Below are positions 14,495 through 26,913 of a stretch of 64,000 nucleotides of DNA, piece after piece. Both the position numbers and the translations under genes were made by a program. The stretch lies in contig NC_043010.1 of assembly GCF_006345805.1 (NCBI RefSeq), positions 62,682,001 through 62,746,000 on the forward strand. Direction: 5' to 3'. The notes beneath the pieces were generated by a model, which was not told the DNA's origin, did not search any database, and worked only from the letters and a program-made list of their open reading frames with translations. The number at the start of each line of letters is the position of its first letter. The first letter of the stretch is position 1. This stretch comes from Octopus sinensis. Taxonomy: Eukaryota.

Positions 14495-15857
14495 TAAAGC
14501 CGTTGTGAATTGTTTGTGAAAATAGGTTGTCATTTCAAGGTGCAGACGATCTTGACAGACACTACATAATGTAACATGAGAATAAAACAGAAGGAAAACT
14601 GAAACTAGCATTTGGGTCTGGGTTACGGAAAGAATATACGATTACGAAAATGGAAGAAAATCAATAAACAAAATAGATCGAAAGAAGTTGTGGAAGTTTG
14701 GCAATGAAAGAAGAATCCCGTGAAATTGCTTTAGCGTTGGACGACAAACAAAAGTTGTTCTTTGATGGAGAAGAAATTGTTAGGTTTTGTCTTTAAATAT
14801 TTGCAGGATATCTCGGTGATAAAAATATCGAAAGAAAGGTAGACAAAATTATTCCGTCAAAGCCAAAATTTATAAGACGTACCGAAATTACTCTCTTGTG
14901 TGTCTGAGTAACTGAAAAACCTTTTCCATATTTATATTTTTTGTCTTTTTGTCTTTAGTTTTGAATGAATCTATTTGTGTGTGTGTGTGTATGTGTGATA
15001 TGACTGAGTTTAATATTTTTATAATGGGAATTGATGTCAATTTTAGCGTCTTTGAAGAACTTGAGTCGCTTCAAAGGAAGAAGAAAAAAAGAAAAAAAGA
15101 GGAAAAAAAAAACAAGAGGATCGAATATATTTGATGAAGTAAAGTCATGCTTGGAAAAATCTATTGATATAAATTTCAGTAAAATTGTCGATGTTTTCTA
15201 TAGTAGACATTGTCGGTGATGAGTAAAGCTGTTGGGACTACAACTTTACTAGAGACTTCTAAAATTTATCTTCCGGTAAAAGACCACCGCATTAACATTA
15301 TACTATTAAGAGACGGGTGAAAAAAAAATCCTTAAACTTGCAGCATGTGATACAAATGGTGGTGAAATACGTGAATAAAAATTAAAGGAGAATTCAGTTT
15401 AATGCTGCTGGATGTTAGAGATTAGCAATATGGCGATCTTGTCCACCATTGTGAGCTGCTGCACTGCCTTTCTAGACGTCAGATTCTGAGTACGTTTTGA
15501 AAGAATACTATTCATAATTTTCAGCGAGAGTAAAATGAGTTTTTTTTTTTAAATGAATATTTTTATGAGATAAAAATGGATTGTCTGATTCGTCCACGTA
15601 AACGTGGGGGGGGGGGGGGAAACTGGCTTTAACTGCATGAAAGTTGATAAATATTAACGTTTTGCCTACAAAATCTAAAAGGTAGGCGTCACGAAGAGAT
15701 TTCTAGAATATGAACGATACTTTGCTTTACAAATCAAGTTAGACTCGATGAAAAAAAAAAAACACATTGTTTTCTAGCTTAGTAAATGAAGAAGCAGCTA
15801 AAATTTCCTGCAGATAACACTCAGACATTGTTAAAACTAGATTGTGTCGCTTATAAA

Positions 15858-16340
15858 GGCGGCGAGCTGGCAGAAACGTTATAGCACGTCGGGCGAAATG
15901 CTTAGCCGTATTTCGTCTGCCGCTACGTTCTGAGTTCAAATTCCGCCGAGGTCGACTTTTCCTTTCATCCTTTCGGGGTCGATTAAATATGTACCAGTTA
16001 CGCACTGGAGTCGATATAATCGACATAATCCGTTTGTCTGTTCTTGTTTGTCCTCTCCGTGTTTAGCCCCTTGTGGGTAGTAAAGAAATAAGTATTTTGT
16101 CTGCCGTTACATTCTAAGTTCAGTTCAAACTCCGCCGAGGTCGACTTTGCCTTTCATCCTCTTGGAGTCCATTAAATAAGTACCAGTTACGCACTGGGGT
16201 CGATGTAATTGACTTAATCCCTTTGTCTGTCCTTGTTTGTCTCCTCTATGTTTAGCCCCTTGTAGGCAATAAAGAAAAAAGAAATAGGTCCTTGTTTGTC
16301 CTCTCTGTGTTTAGCCCCTTGTGGGTAGTAAAGAAATAAT
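15858..16340 (+). mobile_element. tRNA-derived SINE family B (CORE-like) with reiterated 3' units
   Basis: ggcggcgagctggcagaaacgtt...gagttcaaattcc (B box)...gcctttcatcctttcggggtcgat; the body and tail are repeated. Confidence 0.9.
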
Positions 16341-16754
16341 TATATCGCTTATAGCTAATTTATAAATGTATGCTGAACATTCAAAATGAAGTTAAAACTG
16401 GTCGTCGCTCAGCGGCAAAATGAGATTTCGAACCAGTTGTTTGCACTTAAAGAGTAGAGCGAACGTTCTGAAGATAATGGCGATTTTACAAAAAAAAAAA
16501 TGTATTTGAAAGTCTGTTTACTGGTTTTGTTGAACAAGATCGAGTATTCTCAATTATAAGCTCATTTTCATTTGGTGAAAGTAAAACATTTTCACAATGC
16601 CTAGTTACACACAAGTGGAGCTTATCAACTCGAAAGCATTTATTGAAACTAAAATTTGATAAAATCCTCAATGTTGTAAATATGAAGAAATTAATGGCGA
16701 ACATTTTCCGGAAACAAGAAAATCTGCCCTTGGTTACTGCTGTCGTCGCTTCGA

Positions 16755-16839
16755 CATACATACATACATACATACATGCATACATACATGCATACATACA
16801 TACATACATACATACATACATACATACATACATACATAC

Positions 16840-16886
<47 letters not shown>

Positions 16887-16907
16887 CTTACATACATACA
16901 TATATAC

Positions 16908-16942
<35 letters not shown>

Positions 16943-17147
16943 CATACATACATACATACATACGTACGTACATACTTACATACATACATCCATACATCCG
17001 TACATACATACATACATACATACATACATACTTACATACATACATACATACATACTTACATACATACATACATACATACATCCGTACATACATACATACA
17101 TACACACACACATACATACATACATACATACATACGTACGTACATAT

Positions 17148-17178
<31 letters not shown>

Positions 17179-17250
17179 CTTACATACATACACACACACA
17201 CACACATATACATACATACATGCATGCATACATACATACATACATACATA
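16755..17250. repeat. (CATA)n microsatellite
   Basis: Direct inspection. A similar array lies at 27117-27440. Confidence 0.95.
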
Positions 17251-17253
17251 AGT

Positions 17254-17484
17254 GGAGGTGCATGGCTTAGTGGTTAGGGTGTTGGACTCATGATCGTAAG
17301 ATTGTGGTTTCGAGTCCTGTAGACCGGTGCCGCGTGTTCTTGAGCAAAACACTTCATTTCACATTGCTCCAGTCCACTCAGCTGGCAAAAAGGAGTAATC
17401 CTGTGATGGACCCGCGTCCCGTCCAGAAGGGGAATTTATACGCAGGGAATCTGGCCCTTATGAGTCGGCATGACACGCAAAGGC
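17254..17484 (+). mobile_element. tRNA-derived SINE family D
   Basis: ggaggtgcatggcttagtggttaggg...ttcgagtcc...cttgagcaaaacacttcatttcac...tgtgatggac. Related copies lie at about 9262-9390, 13629-13860, 21523-21800, 45324-45565, 45955-46120, 48340-48733 and 51545-51665. Confidence 0.8.
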
Positions 17485-17562
17485 TTTTTTTTTTTACACA
17501 TACTTACATATATACATATATTTACAAGCACAAATAGGTACATACAAACATACACATACACA

Positions 17563-17970
17563 GGCGCAGGAGTGGCTGTGTGGTAAGTAGCTTGCTAACC
17601 AACCACATGGTTCCGGGTTCAGTCCCACTGCGTGGCATCTTGGGCAAGTGTCTTCTGCTATAGCCCCGGGCCGACCAATGCCTTGTGAATGGATTCGGTA
17701 GACGGAAACTGAAAGAAGCCTGTCGTATATATGTATATATATATATATATGTGTGTTTGTGTGTCTGTGTTTGTCCCCCTTGCATTGCTTGACAACCGAT
17801 GCTGGTGCGTTTACGTCCCCGTCACTAAGCGGTTCGGCAAAAGAGACCGATAGAATAAGTACTGGGCTTACAAAGAATAAGCCCCGGGGTCGATTTGCTC
17901 GATTAAAGGCGGTGCTCCAGCATGGCCACAGTCAAATGACTGAAACAAGTAAAAGAGTAAGAGTAAAGAG
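17563..17970 (+). mobile_element. SINE family A (full length)
   Basis: Near identical to the copies at 726-1142 and 49997-50405. Confidence 0.9.
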
Positions 17971-18942
17971 TATACACATATACAACCACATAATCACCGC
18001 ACTTTTTTGTTATATTCTAACTTTACCCTGCGTCTAATGCGACCGAATTACGGATGGGAGACCGAGTGTTGTAAGATAGAAAGACGGGTACACATAAGTC
18101 CGCTAGACTCAATAATTGTTACTAATAACAAAGTATTGAAGACAAGCCAAAATATGGCAGTCAGTTTGCGCAAACTTACGAAAACTTGCTCATGGTAGGT
18201 TGGCAGATGGGTGACGGTGGGAGCCATATTATCTCGTTATGTTCCTTCCCCTGCATACGTAACCAACACTAGATGTGTGCCTTATATTATTTAACAACTG
18301 TGTTACACTTAACAAATATTTTCTTAATTATCTAAATGAAAATTCCCCAACAAAGTTGAAAAAAATGTTAAACTTTCATCCACCTGTCAGCCATTTGCAA
18401 CAAGCGGATGACAGCAAAACAGGGACGTGCCGCTTAGGTAGGCAAGATAGACTGTGCTTATCTTGAATAAAATAGATCGATAGCAACATTTTCTTCTCAT
18501 GGCAAAATATGCACCTAATTCAATAAAACCATGAAGGTTAGTCTGATTACTATGCACAAAATGCAAAATGTTTTATTTTTTATAGATTAGGTAGGCATAA
18601 TTCACCCCTGCTTTTCAATCTCGGTATTTAAGCTATGCACATTACTGCTGTAGCACACATGCTGCGTACATTCCTACAACACCGTTTTCTTTAAATGTTA
18701 TAAAGGTAGAAATAGATCTGCCTTCAACTCAGTCGCACACCTGTGTTTTTGCTTATTTTTTGTGTTTTATTTATAAAGGTCGCCAACTGCCTGCCCTGAG
18801 TAATTACTGACGGCACGTGTCTGCAACAAAACCATAGGGGCGGTGCACCACCCTGGTGGCCGACTGAGGTAACACAAAATATCATGGCCAAAAATATGAG
18901 TTTTACACCCTGAACAGTAATTCACTTGGCCCAAAGATAGAC

Positions 18943-19292
18943 GGTACTTTATGGTTATCTCACCCCCATTAAAAAATTGGGTTATCTCTCTCAACTAAAA
19001 AAAAATATTTAACCCTCAATAAAACAAAAACAAAAAAAATGAAAAATTAATACACATGAAAACTGAAGAAATTAAATATCTTATTGAATCTGATATTATT
19101 TTTATAACAAAATCATGCAATGCCTATTGAGGAAGCCAAAAGTCAATAATAGGTTGAAGTATTGAATCAAAAGGATCTAAGCCTTTCAATCCAGTTTCCT
19201 GTCGCCGCATAAATTCAATATTTTAGTGGGGAGATAACCCAATTTTTTAATGGCAATTTTTTTAATGGCAGGTGAGATAACCAGAAAGTACC
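18943..19292. mobile_element. Merlin-like MITE
   Basis: TIRs of about 55-65 bp starting GGTAC and ending GTACC; perfect 8-bp TSD AGATAGAC (18935-42 and 19293-300). Confidence 0.8.
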
Positions 19293-19649
19293 AGATAGAC
19301 AACCGTATAGCTGATTTCAAAGAAGATAAAGTCTAAATATGGTTCTCGCATAACATAGTTAATATATGACAAGTGTATGGTTTCATACTTTATCCCAGTT
19401 TAGTGACACAACATCGTATTTACATGCTTATAGTCAAACATTTACGCTATAAAACTCACTTTAAAATATCTTTCGATAAGAACATGATGAAGCATATTAA
19501 ATTTGCTTGTTTTCTATAAAATGTATTCGTAAAATAAAATCTAATTAATCTAATTATCAATGGCAATTTCTTAATTATTCATACTATTATAAAAGATTTG
19601 TTTTAAACGTAAAACATGAAATTAATAAACATAAATATAATTACTAAAA

Positions 19650-20189
19650 TCTCTCTATATATAAACGGCAGGTTGTCTGTCTGTGTGTCTGTCAGGTTGT
19701 ACCCTCATCCTGACCACGGCTTTCAACCGATTCTGATGAAACTTGACACACACATAGCCCAATGTCATAATTGAAAACTAACGCAGCGAAAATTTTGAAA
19801 AGTTCCCCCAGTTTTTAAAAAAATCGATAAATTCGACATGGGGTCGAGAATCTCAGCTTTTTATATGCAACACATTTTCTGTTGTAGTTTTCGCAACCTG
19901 CAATCGATTTTCACCAAACTCATGGTGAAGCTTAATGTTACCCTAAGAAACTTAATTCTGACGTTAGTTTTCCATGCAATACCTTACCATCAGAAAAAAT
20001 CGATAAAATCATGCCATTTTGGGAAATCGCGTTTTCGCCCAAAGGGACAGCTAGGAACATCGTATACACAGAAGACATTGCAACTTACACATGCGCCTTC
20101 GTTCCCTAGAAGGAAAGGACTAGATTGAGATTAGTCGTTGCCTACTAGGGGCTCCTACATACCCGGGCAATGCCGGGCTATGCTGCTAG
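19650..20189 (+). mobile_element. Non-autonomous Helitron-like element
   Basis: A|TC 5' end (tctctctatatataaacggc), subterminal hairpin cccgg-gcaatg-ccggg (20162-77), CTAG|T 3' end, no TSD. Confidence 0.8.
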
Positions 20190-20412
20190 TTTATGATAAA
20201 AACCAGGCGCAAACTACCGTTAACTAAAAAATAATCAGACTGTTACAAATAAGTTTACGATATCAATATGTATTTATTATAAATGTTTATATATGTCTGT
20301 ATATGATAGAGTGTCTCATATGCTGGCAAATACGGCTATTCGTTCACACAGCATCTACAGAAACACACACATACGTACACACAGGCGCGCGCAAAACACT
20401 GATATATATATA

Positions 20413-20459
<47 letters not shown>

Positions 20460-20464
<5 letters not shown>

Positions 20465-20616
20465 GAAAAATACAAACTGGGACAAGAACGTAAAACATTT
20501 AGAAGACGATACAAAAACACGGACGGGACATTCGAAGCCTTCAATCTTCAGTCAAGAACCGGATCATCCTAGCAATTTCGGCTGATTAGATTAATCAGCC
20601 GAAATTGCTAGGATGA
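20460..20616. mobile_element. Short dispersed repeat ending in a perfect 25-bp-arm palindrome
   Basis: tcatcctagcaatttcggctgatta-gat-taatcagccgaaattgctaggatga (20564-20616). A non-palindromic copy of the family lies at about 52780-52922. Confidence 0.7.
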
Positions 20617-20904
20617 AAGCTTTATATATAGAGAGATTACGCAACAAGTCAAGGTGGTGAACTGGTAGAATCGTTACTTCGCGTGACAAAATGCTCGACA
20701 GCATTTTCCCCGGCTCTCTGCGTTCTGAGTTCAGATGCCATCCTCGTTGACTTTGCTTTTCATCGATAAATTAAGTGCCAGTTCAGCATCAGGGGTCGGT
20801 GTAATCAGATTCCTCTCCATCTCAAAATTGCTGGTTTTGTACCAAAATTAGAGTTATTCGTCGACTAGTTGACTATTTAACCAATTAAATAGGGACAGTC
20901 GATA

Positions 20905-21135
20905 AACAAATGACGTCACCAGGAAGTCAGTCAACCAGAACGCTAGACTTCTGTCAACCCACAGTATGTGACCAGAACATCCGAAAAACAAGTGACGTAT
21001 TCAGGTAGTCAGCCAACTAAAATACTAGAACACAGGCGGACAAAATCAAGTGACATCATTAAATTTACAACCAATCAGAATTCGAACCTATACCCTAAAA
21101 CCCTATATATAAAAAACAATTCCAGCCCGAAACAT
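20905..21135 (+). promoter_or_regulatory. Pol II promoter-like or LTR U3-like motif cluster
   Basis: TGACGTCA (20911-18), CAGGAAGT (20920-27), TGACGTA (20993-99), CCAATCAG (21071-78), TATATATAAAAAA (21104-16). Confidence 0.3.
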
Positions 21136-22226
21136 TTCAAGCTTTCACCAGCAAAACCAGCGACTAAGAATCCTACTTCGTGCACTTCGATGGAAATTGT
21201 TTCAAAAATCCCTTGCTTTCTTTTTTTTATTATTTTTCTTACTCTCTTAAAAATTTCATCGTATCTAATTCAGATAACTCAATATTACCAAACTTTCAAT
21301 CATGTATGACTGTTATGAAATTTATCGAACACGTAAGCTTGTATCACTGTCTGTCACTGAGAAACTTATTGAATATTGGGATTTGTGTGAACATTTGATT
21401 TTTAAACATGTTTTCCGAATTTTCCCTTATAAACCTTCAATCCCTCCTAAATTTTTGTTATTCACCATTGAAAAACAAACCCTCACAAAATTGTCAAATT
21501 GGTTGAGTATTTTAATAAATGTGGAGGCACATGGCCTAGTGGTTAGGCCATGTGCCTAACCACTCGCGGTCGAGGGATCGCGGGTTCGAATCTTAGACAG
21601 GGCGATGTGTGTGTTTATAAGCGAAACACCTAAGCTCCACGTGGCAGAAGGTAATGGCGAACTTCTACTGACTCTTTCGCCCCAACTTTCTTTCACTCTT
21701 TCCTCCTGCATCTTATAGCTTACCTGCGACGGACTGGCGTCCCGTCCAGGTGGGGAACCTATACACCAAGAAAACCGACCCTAATGAGCCAGGCGTGGCT
21801 GGAGAAGGAACAAACAATTTTAATAAATCCGTTACAAAATTTAAAAACTACATCACGTTTAATACAAGATTCAGGTACAGTTTCAAACCCCCAAACCAAC
21901 CCTCATATACACAGCTTCTCCTCGACTTATGATCTACGCCCCTTACGACCATCCGCACTTAGGACCAGAAAAAATAAATAATCGATTTTCGGACGTTGGG
22001 CAGATGCGCGTACGATAACTATAGCAGAGTCTTGGCAACACAGGCCTCCCTCAGACCCGGGCATCCACTGCCTGCCACTGTCTCTCACTCAGTCGCTTTC
22101 AAGCATCAGTTGCATTTGAATGAAAATAGTGTTGCAAAATATAAACCGGACATACGACTAAATCGACTTATGACCGGTCAGTCGGAACGGAATTCGGTCG
22201 TAATTCGAGAAGAAAGTGCGCGCGCA

Positions 22227-22303
<77 letters not shown>

Positions 22304-22349
22304 AGTCTTTGGATTTCAGTCAACCCGATGTGAGTAAATCAAATTGAAC

Positions 22350-23700
22350 TACAAGCTGCGTTCCAGACGTTTTCAGACTTTTTCTCAGGACAGACATGTA
22401 TCACTTTCAATGAAGTCCAAAACTCTTAATCCCCTTCTAAATCCCATTCTCTGGCTCCAATGCGCTTGATGTAGCGCTCCAGCCATTTCGTGAAGGTCCC
22501 CTGGAAGTCCTACAAAGTGAAGGCGTACAGAACCCTTTTCACAGCCTCCTTCGCCTTCTCAGTGCCTTCAAAGCGATTGCTCCCGAGGTTCTCCTTCAAC
22601 TTGGGGGAAACATCAAAAATCACAAGGAGCAAGATCTGGACTCTAAGGTGGTTGAGGGGGTTTTGATGCCCATCTATGTCAAGTGGTTGATTACCATAAT
22701 GGAATTGTGGACTGGTGAATTGTATTTGTGTAGGTACCAACGACCCGACCCAGATAGAAGAGCTAAGGGCTTTCGCGATGAAATCTCTTCCTGAATTCCC
22801 TCAAATCCTCCACAAAGTACTCTTTGTTGCCCGTCTGGTCAGAGGGAACTCGGCGGATGTAGCTGATGTCCTTGCTGTCGATAAAGTGTATCATCACGGG
22901 CTTCTCGGTTAACTTGCTTTGTTTGGCCTTCTTGGGTCTGGGGGAGTCAGAATGTTTCCATTGGGTTCTGTCTCTTGGTCTCTGGATCATAATAGCAGAT
23001 TCGGGTCACCGGAGACTCAGGTACTCTTGGATTGGAGGTAATGAGCTTAACCATCTCCCTACTATCACCAACGTGTCTTCCCTTCAATTTGTTACTGAGC
23101 ACCCTGGAAACAAACGTTGGTACAACTTTTACACACGTTTAGATCTTCAGGAATAATTATGTGTACAGTTGCCACACCGACTGCAAACTATATGCTTACT
23201 ATTTTTATCGACCCGACGGTTTTCATGTAGAAAATTGCAAATTTTCTCAACTAGAACTATTGCTCTGACGTCTCTCTCTATCCCACACTTCTCATCATCT
23301 CCTACCTCCTTTCTACCGTCCTTGAACCTCTTCGACCAGCGATAAACAAATGTTCAGCTCTTACAAGTTAATTCATAATCGGTTTGGAACATTGAGAAGT
23401 TTTGCTGCGGTTTTGCTCACCTTAATACAAAACTTGCTCACCCTAATACAAAACTTGCATAGCGAGCTGCTTCTAAATTGTCTTCACGTCCTGACTGCAT
23501 TCTGCAAACTAGTGAAAAGCAGTGTCTAGTAGGGTGTGTTCAAAGTGATGTTTCAGTCTCTCCTTCAGTTTTGAATAACAAGTTAGAAGGTCAGCTTATT
23601 ACACTAATAGTAATGAGATACTATAATTGCAATAATCTAGGACAGTCATAACTGTCTCTCCTAAAAAAAAAGTCTTAAACTTTCTACAGTGCACCGGGTA
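22350..23700 (-). mobile_element. Near full-length mariner (Tc1/mariner DD34D) transposon with a pseudogenised transposase
   Basis: Minus-strand frames give WSKRFKDGRKEVGDDEKCG, CYYDPETKRQ, QWKHSDSPRPKKAKQSK, VPSDQTGNKEYFVEDLREFRKRF, P*SPDLAPCDF* and PKLKENLGSNRFEGTEKAKEAVKRVL, with frameshifts and stops. Degenerate inverted ends (ttttcagactttttc / aaaaaaaagtcttaaac) about 1.35 kb apart. Confidence 0.9.
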
Positions 23701-24143
23701 AATCCACTGGATACTCAGCCGTAAACAGTTAGTATTATTACTAAATTTCTCCTTGAACAGAGAAAATGGAAACAGCGGGAATCATTCAAATCTTTTATAG
23801 GAATTTCATCACCAACTGACTACCGCTCCCTAAATATCCGCGGAGAAACTGTACCTATAGCCACTGTTATTAAGGACCCCATTAAATAGGACGAACTGAT
23901 TTGCACAAATGACGCATTTTTGCCTGCTAGTTTCATAAATGAACGACCATCACATTAGCATGGTTCAGTTTTGATGCTGCATTGAACTACACAATGAAAA
24001 TATAGATAACAGTTAATACTGTGTGAGCAACTGTCTTTTTATACAAGTTTTAACAGACAGAAAATGTAGGCTTCCGTGGACCAGTTTCATATTTTATTAA
24101 GATTATCCGTCTTTAATTAAGCATCGAATTACCCTCCTTCTCT

Positions 24144-24245
<102 letters not shown>

Positions 24246-24373
24246 CGAAACATAAAAGACTTTTTCTATTCCTGAGCGTTATACTAATACATCTGTTTGT
24301 TTTGTACACCACCACCTGTCTTCGTCTTTTATTTTTTTCCTAAACTCTCCCTATATATATATATATATATATA

Positions 24374-24514
24374 TACCGGAGTAAACACATAAATGTGAAA
24401 CAAGGTGGAAAAAAGAGTACTCAATACCAGGGGTAGAGTAATATGCTTTATTTAAAAGCAGCAGAAAATTCAACAAAACCCTATTTTGTTGAATTTTCTG
24501 CTGCTTTTAAATAA

Positions 24515-24516
<2 letters not shown>
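24374..24516. mobile_element. Second copy of the 44333 repeat with the palindrome centre deleted
   Basis: Same ataccggagtaaacacataaatgtgaaacaaggtgg leader; 33-bp perfect arms at 24446-24478 and 24484-24516. Confidence 0.7.
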
Positions 24517-24576
<60 letters not shown>

Positions 24577-24614
24577 TATATATATAATATATATATGGAG
24601 AGAGAGAGAGAGAG

Positions 24615-24675
<61 letters not shown>

Positions 24676-24801
24676 CTCATATACTTATATAATATCCATG
24701 CGAAATTGCCTTTGACCCTCCGGCTGATACTTGATGACGAACTGGGGAACTTTTGTTGTCTGTCTTCCGTTGACTGCGCATTTAGAAATACGTTTGTAAA
24801 C

Positions 24802-24834
<33 letters not shown>

Positions 24835-24861
24835 ATATAATATATATATACATCCATACAT

Positions 24862-25320
24862 AAAGAAGAGCTGAAGATGAGTGAAAAAGAGAACACCTAT
24901 GCTGAACTACTGAGAAATCTGCAGTTACTCTATCCAGATTACAAGGTCAAGTTTATACCTGTAATTATTGGGGCCCTGTGATATGTAACACATTGCCTAG
25001 GTACCAATCTTGAGAAATTAAGCTTCTCAAAACCTGAAAGGATAAAGCTAATTCGAAGACTACAGATCCAATCCATCACAGGTATTGTAAAAATCTGTAA
25101 AACTTCCCAGAAGTTGAAATATATATGAGCATGTCTAGATATACAACTATATGCATGAAAATACATACATACATACATACATACAAACATGTCCATACAT
25201 ACATACATACATACATACACACATACAAACAAAAAAACCTTGTTGATGTTGAAATTTCAATGAAGGAGCCTTGGATCCAGGTTAGAAACCAGTTCTTTCT
25301 CTATTGGCAAGAAATCTTGT
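24862..25320 (+). mobile_element. 3' end of an R4/Dong-like (restriction-like endonuclease) LINE
   Basis: Translation KMSEKENTYAELLRNLQLLYPDYKVKFIPVIIGAL*YVTHCL...RRLQIQSITGIVKICK (24862-25128) fits the REL C-terminus, followed by (CATA)n. Confidence 0.7.
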
Positions 25321-25334
25321 AATAATGACATACA

Positions 25335-25555
25335 TCTAATATAATAAATGCCGAAACTAATTTCTGTGTGTCAGTGTGTCACACTTCGACCTCCTACTCT
25401 CACTATTCATTAACACTTCTAGTATTGCTCATGCTGGGGTGAGAGTAATAGTAGGCATAGAGACGGTGAGGGCGGTGGCGAAGACAGAGAGAGAGAGAGA
25501 GAGAGAGAGACAAAGAAATTTAGGGAGGGTTAATGGTGGCAGTGGGAGTAATAAT

Positions 25556-25594
<39 letters not shown>

Positions 25595-25900
25595 AAGTGA
25601 GAGAAAGGAGGACTGAACACTGAACCAACATACTGAACAATGGTAATGGGGTGATAGTAATAGTATGAGCTGTAGTTGTGATAGAGGCGGTGATGATGCT
25701 AGCGGAGGTGGTAGCCGAGGTGATCAGGGATGACGGTGAGAGTACGTGATGAGTGGTGATGATGGCGGAGGGGAAGGTAGCGAAGTCAAAGGTATTGATG
25801 GTGGCGGCGTCGAAAGTCTGAATGGTGAGTGTATGGCAGATGTGGTGGCGATGGTGGTGGTATTGTTGTTTATCATTCAGCTCTGCAATATGTCCCAAGT
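25335..25900 (+). mobile_element. Possible 5' part of a Helitron-like element
   Basis: A|TCTAATATAATAAATG start followed by tctgtgtgtc, resembling the other Helitron 5' ends. No 3' hairpin or CTRR was identified. Confidence 0.35.
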
Positions 25901-26358
25901 CGACAAATTATATCATTGTTTTGATGAAAATTGTTCATTGCTTGAAGAATATTGTTCAAGTTTAATAAAATTCAATACGTACTCAATGCATGGAGTGTCA
26001 TTATTGGGCCCAAAGCCTAATGAAGGGCTCGCCACATATACATACGATCTGATATTATTTCCCTCATCACTGACCAGTACACATAAGCAACATAGAATTA
26101 AAATCTAGACGATCAGAGCCGATCCTTCCCCTCTTGTTAGAATTTTAGATAACTGGGTCACTTGTGTCAATTATCTCCATCTACTACTATAAACGCTAAT
26201 ACCCCCTAAATTCTTCTTTGTTCTGACTAAATATACACTATTCTGATAAATTCATTCTGTCAATTGAATGATAGCAGAATCGATGTAAATATTTTTACTC
26301 TGTAAATTTGTTAATTATGTTGAATAAATTGATCTGTCCTTTATGTTTGAAAATCATG

Positions 26359-26447
26359 AATTCATCTGACGAAAACGGTTTCTCTACAATGACGTAAAGC
26401 TCTCATTAATCAATTAAAGAAGTCGTCGGAAACGGCCGTAATGAATT
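26359..26447 (+). ncRNA. Minimal type I hammerhead ribozyme motif, near intact
   Basis: Stem I AATTCAT/ATGAATT (7 bp perfect); core CTGACGA(26366-72); stem II ACGGTTTC/GAAGTCGT (includes G-T pairs) with two mismatches at its base; GAAA(26429-32); helix III palindrome ACGGCCGT; triplet GTA(26438-40). Confidence 0.65.
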
Positions 26448-26533
26448 GACACCTGTACCGCTTGGTTACTCACTTTTATTCACTTATCCTGAAACCTACG
26501 CTTCGTAAATATTGTAGACAGTATTATCTTATA

Positions 26534-26913
26534 TCTATATATATATAAAATGAAGTTGTCTGTGTATGGTAGGTTTGGTAGCCTTCAACTAACACTATCT
26601 CCTCCGAGACCCTGCGGCGCAAGTTGACCAAAATTGAGAGTATGATAGAAGAAGGCTTGCTCTTCCTTCTGTAGAAGATAAAATTAAAATCGGACCATGT
26701 TAACACCAAAAATTATTTACATTAAAAAGGTGCTTTTTTCTATGAAAATCCCTATTTTTTTACCCCTGTGTCGCCATTTTTCGGTGTATTTCAACCAGAA
26801 AAATGTTCACTTAAAGAGAATAACAAGCTACATAATGCAAAATTTTTACTTTTCAAAATTTCCAATTCTAAAGGGTCGAAACAAATCCGGGCAACGCCGG
26901 GCGATACTGCTGG
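26534..26913 (+). mobile_element. Non-autonomous Helitron-like element
   Basis: A|TC start (tctatatatatataaaatgaag), hairpin tccgggcaacgccggg, CTGG|T end consistent with CTRR. Confidence 0.75.

Larger units (their letters stand above)
13941..16730 (+). mobile_element. Decayed hAT (Charlie/Buster-like) transposon interrupted by a MITE and a SINE
   Basis: CAGTGGT start at 13941. Broken frames give FFDGEEIVRFCL*IFAGYLGDKNIERKVDKI, SLVLNES...IFIMGIDVNFSVFEEL, TRGSNIFDEVKSCL and QYGDLVHHCEL. The 3' TIR was not found. Confidence 0.75.

Noticed and set aside
18010-18870. Possible decayed piggyBac transposase
   Set aside because: Only faint resemblance; no catalytic motif or intact TTAA/CCC ends could be demonstrated.
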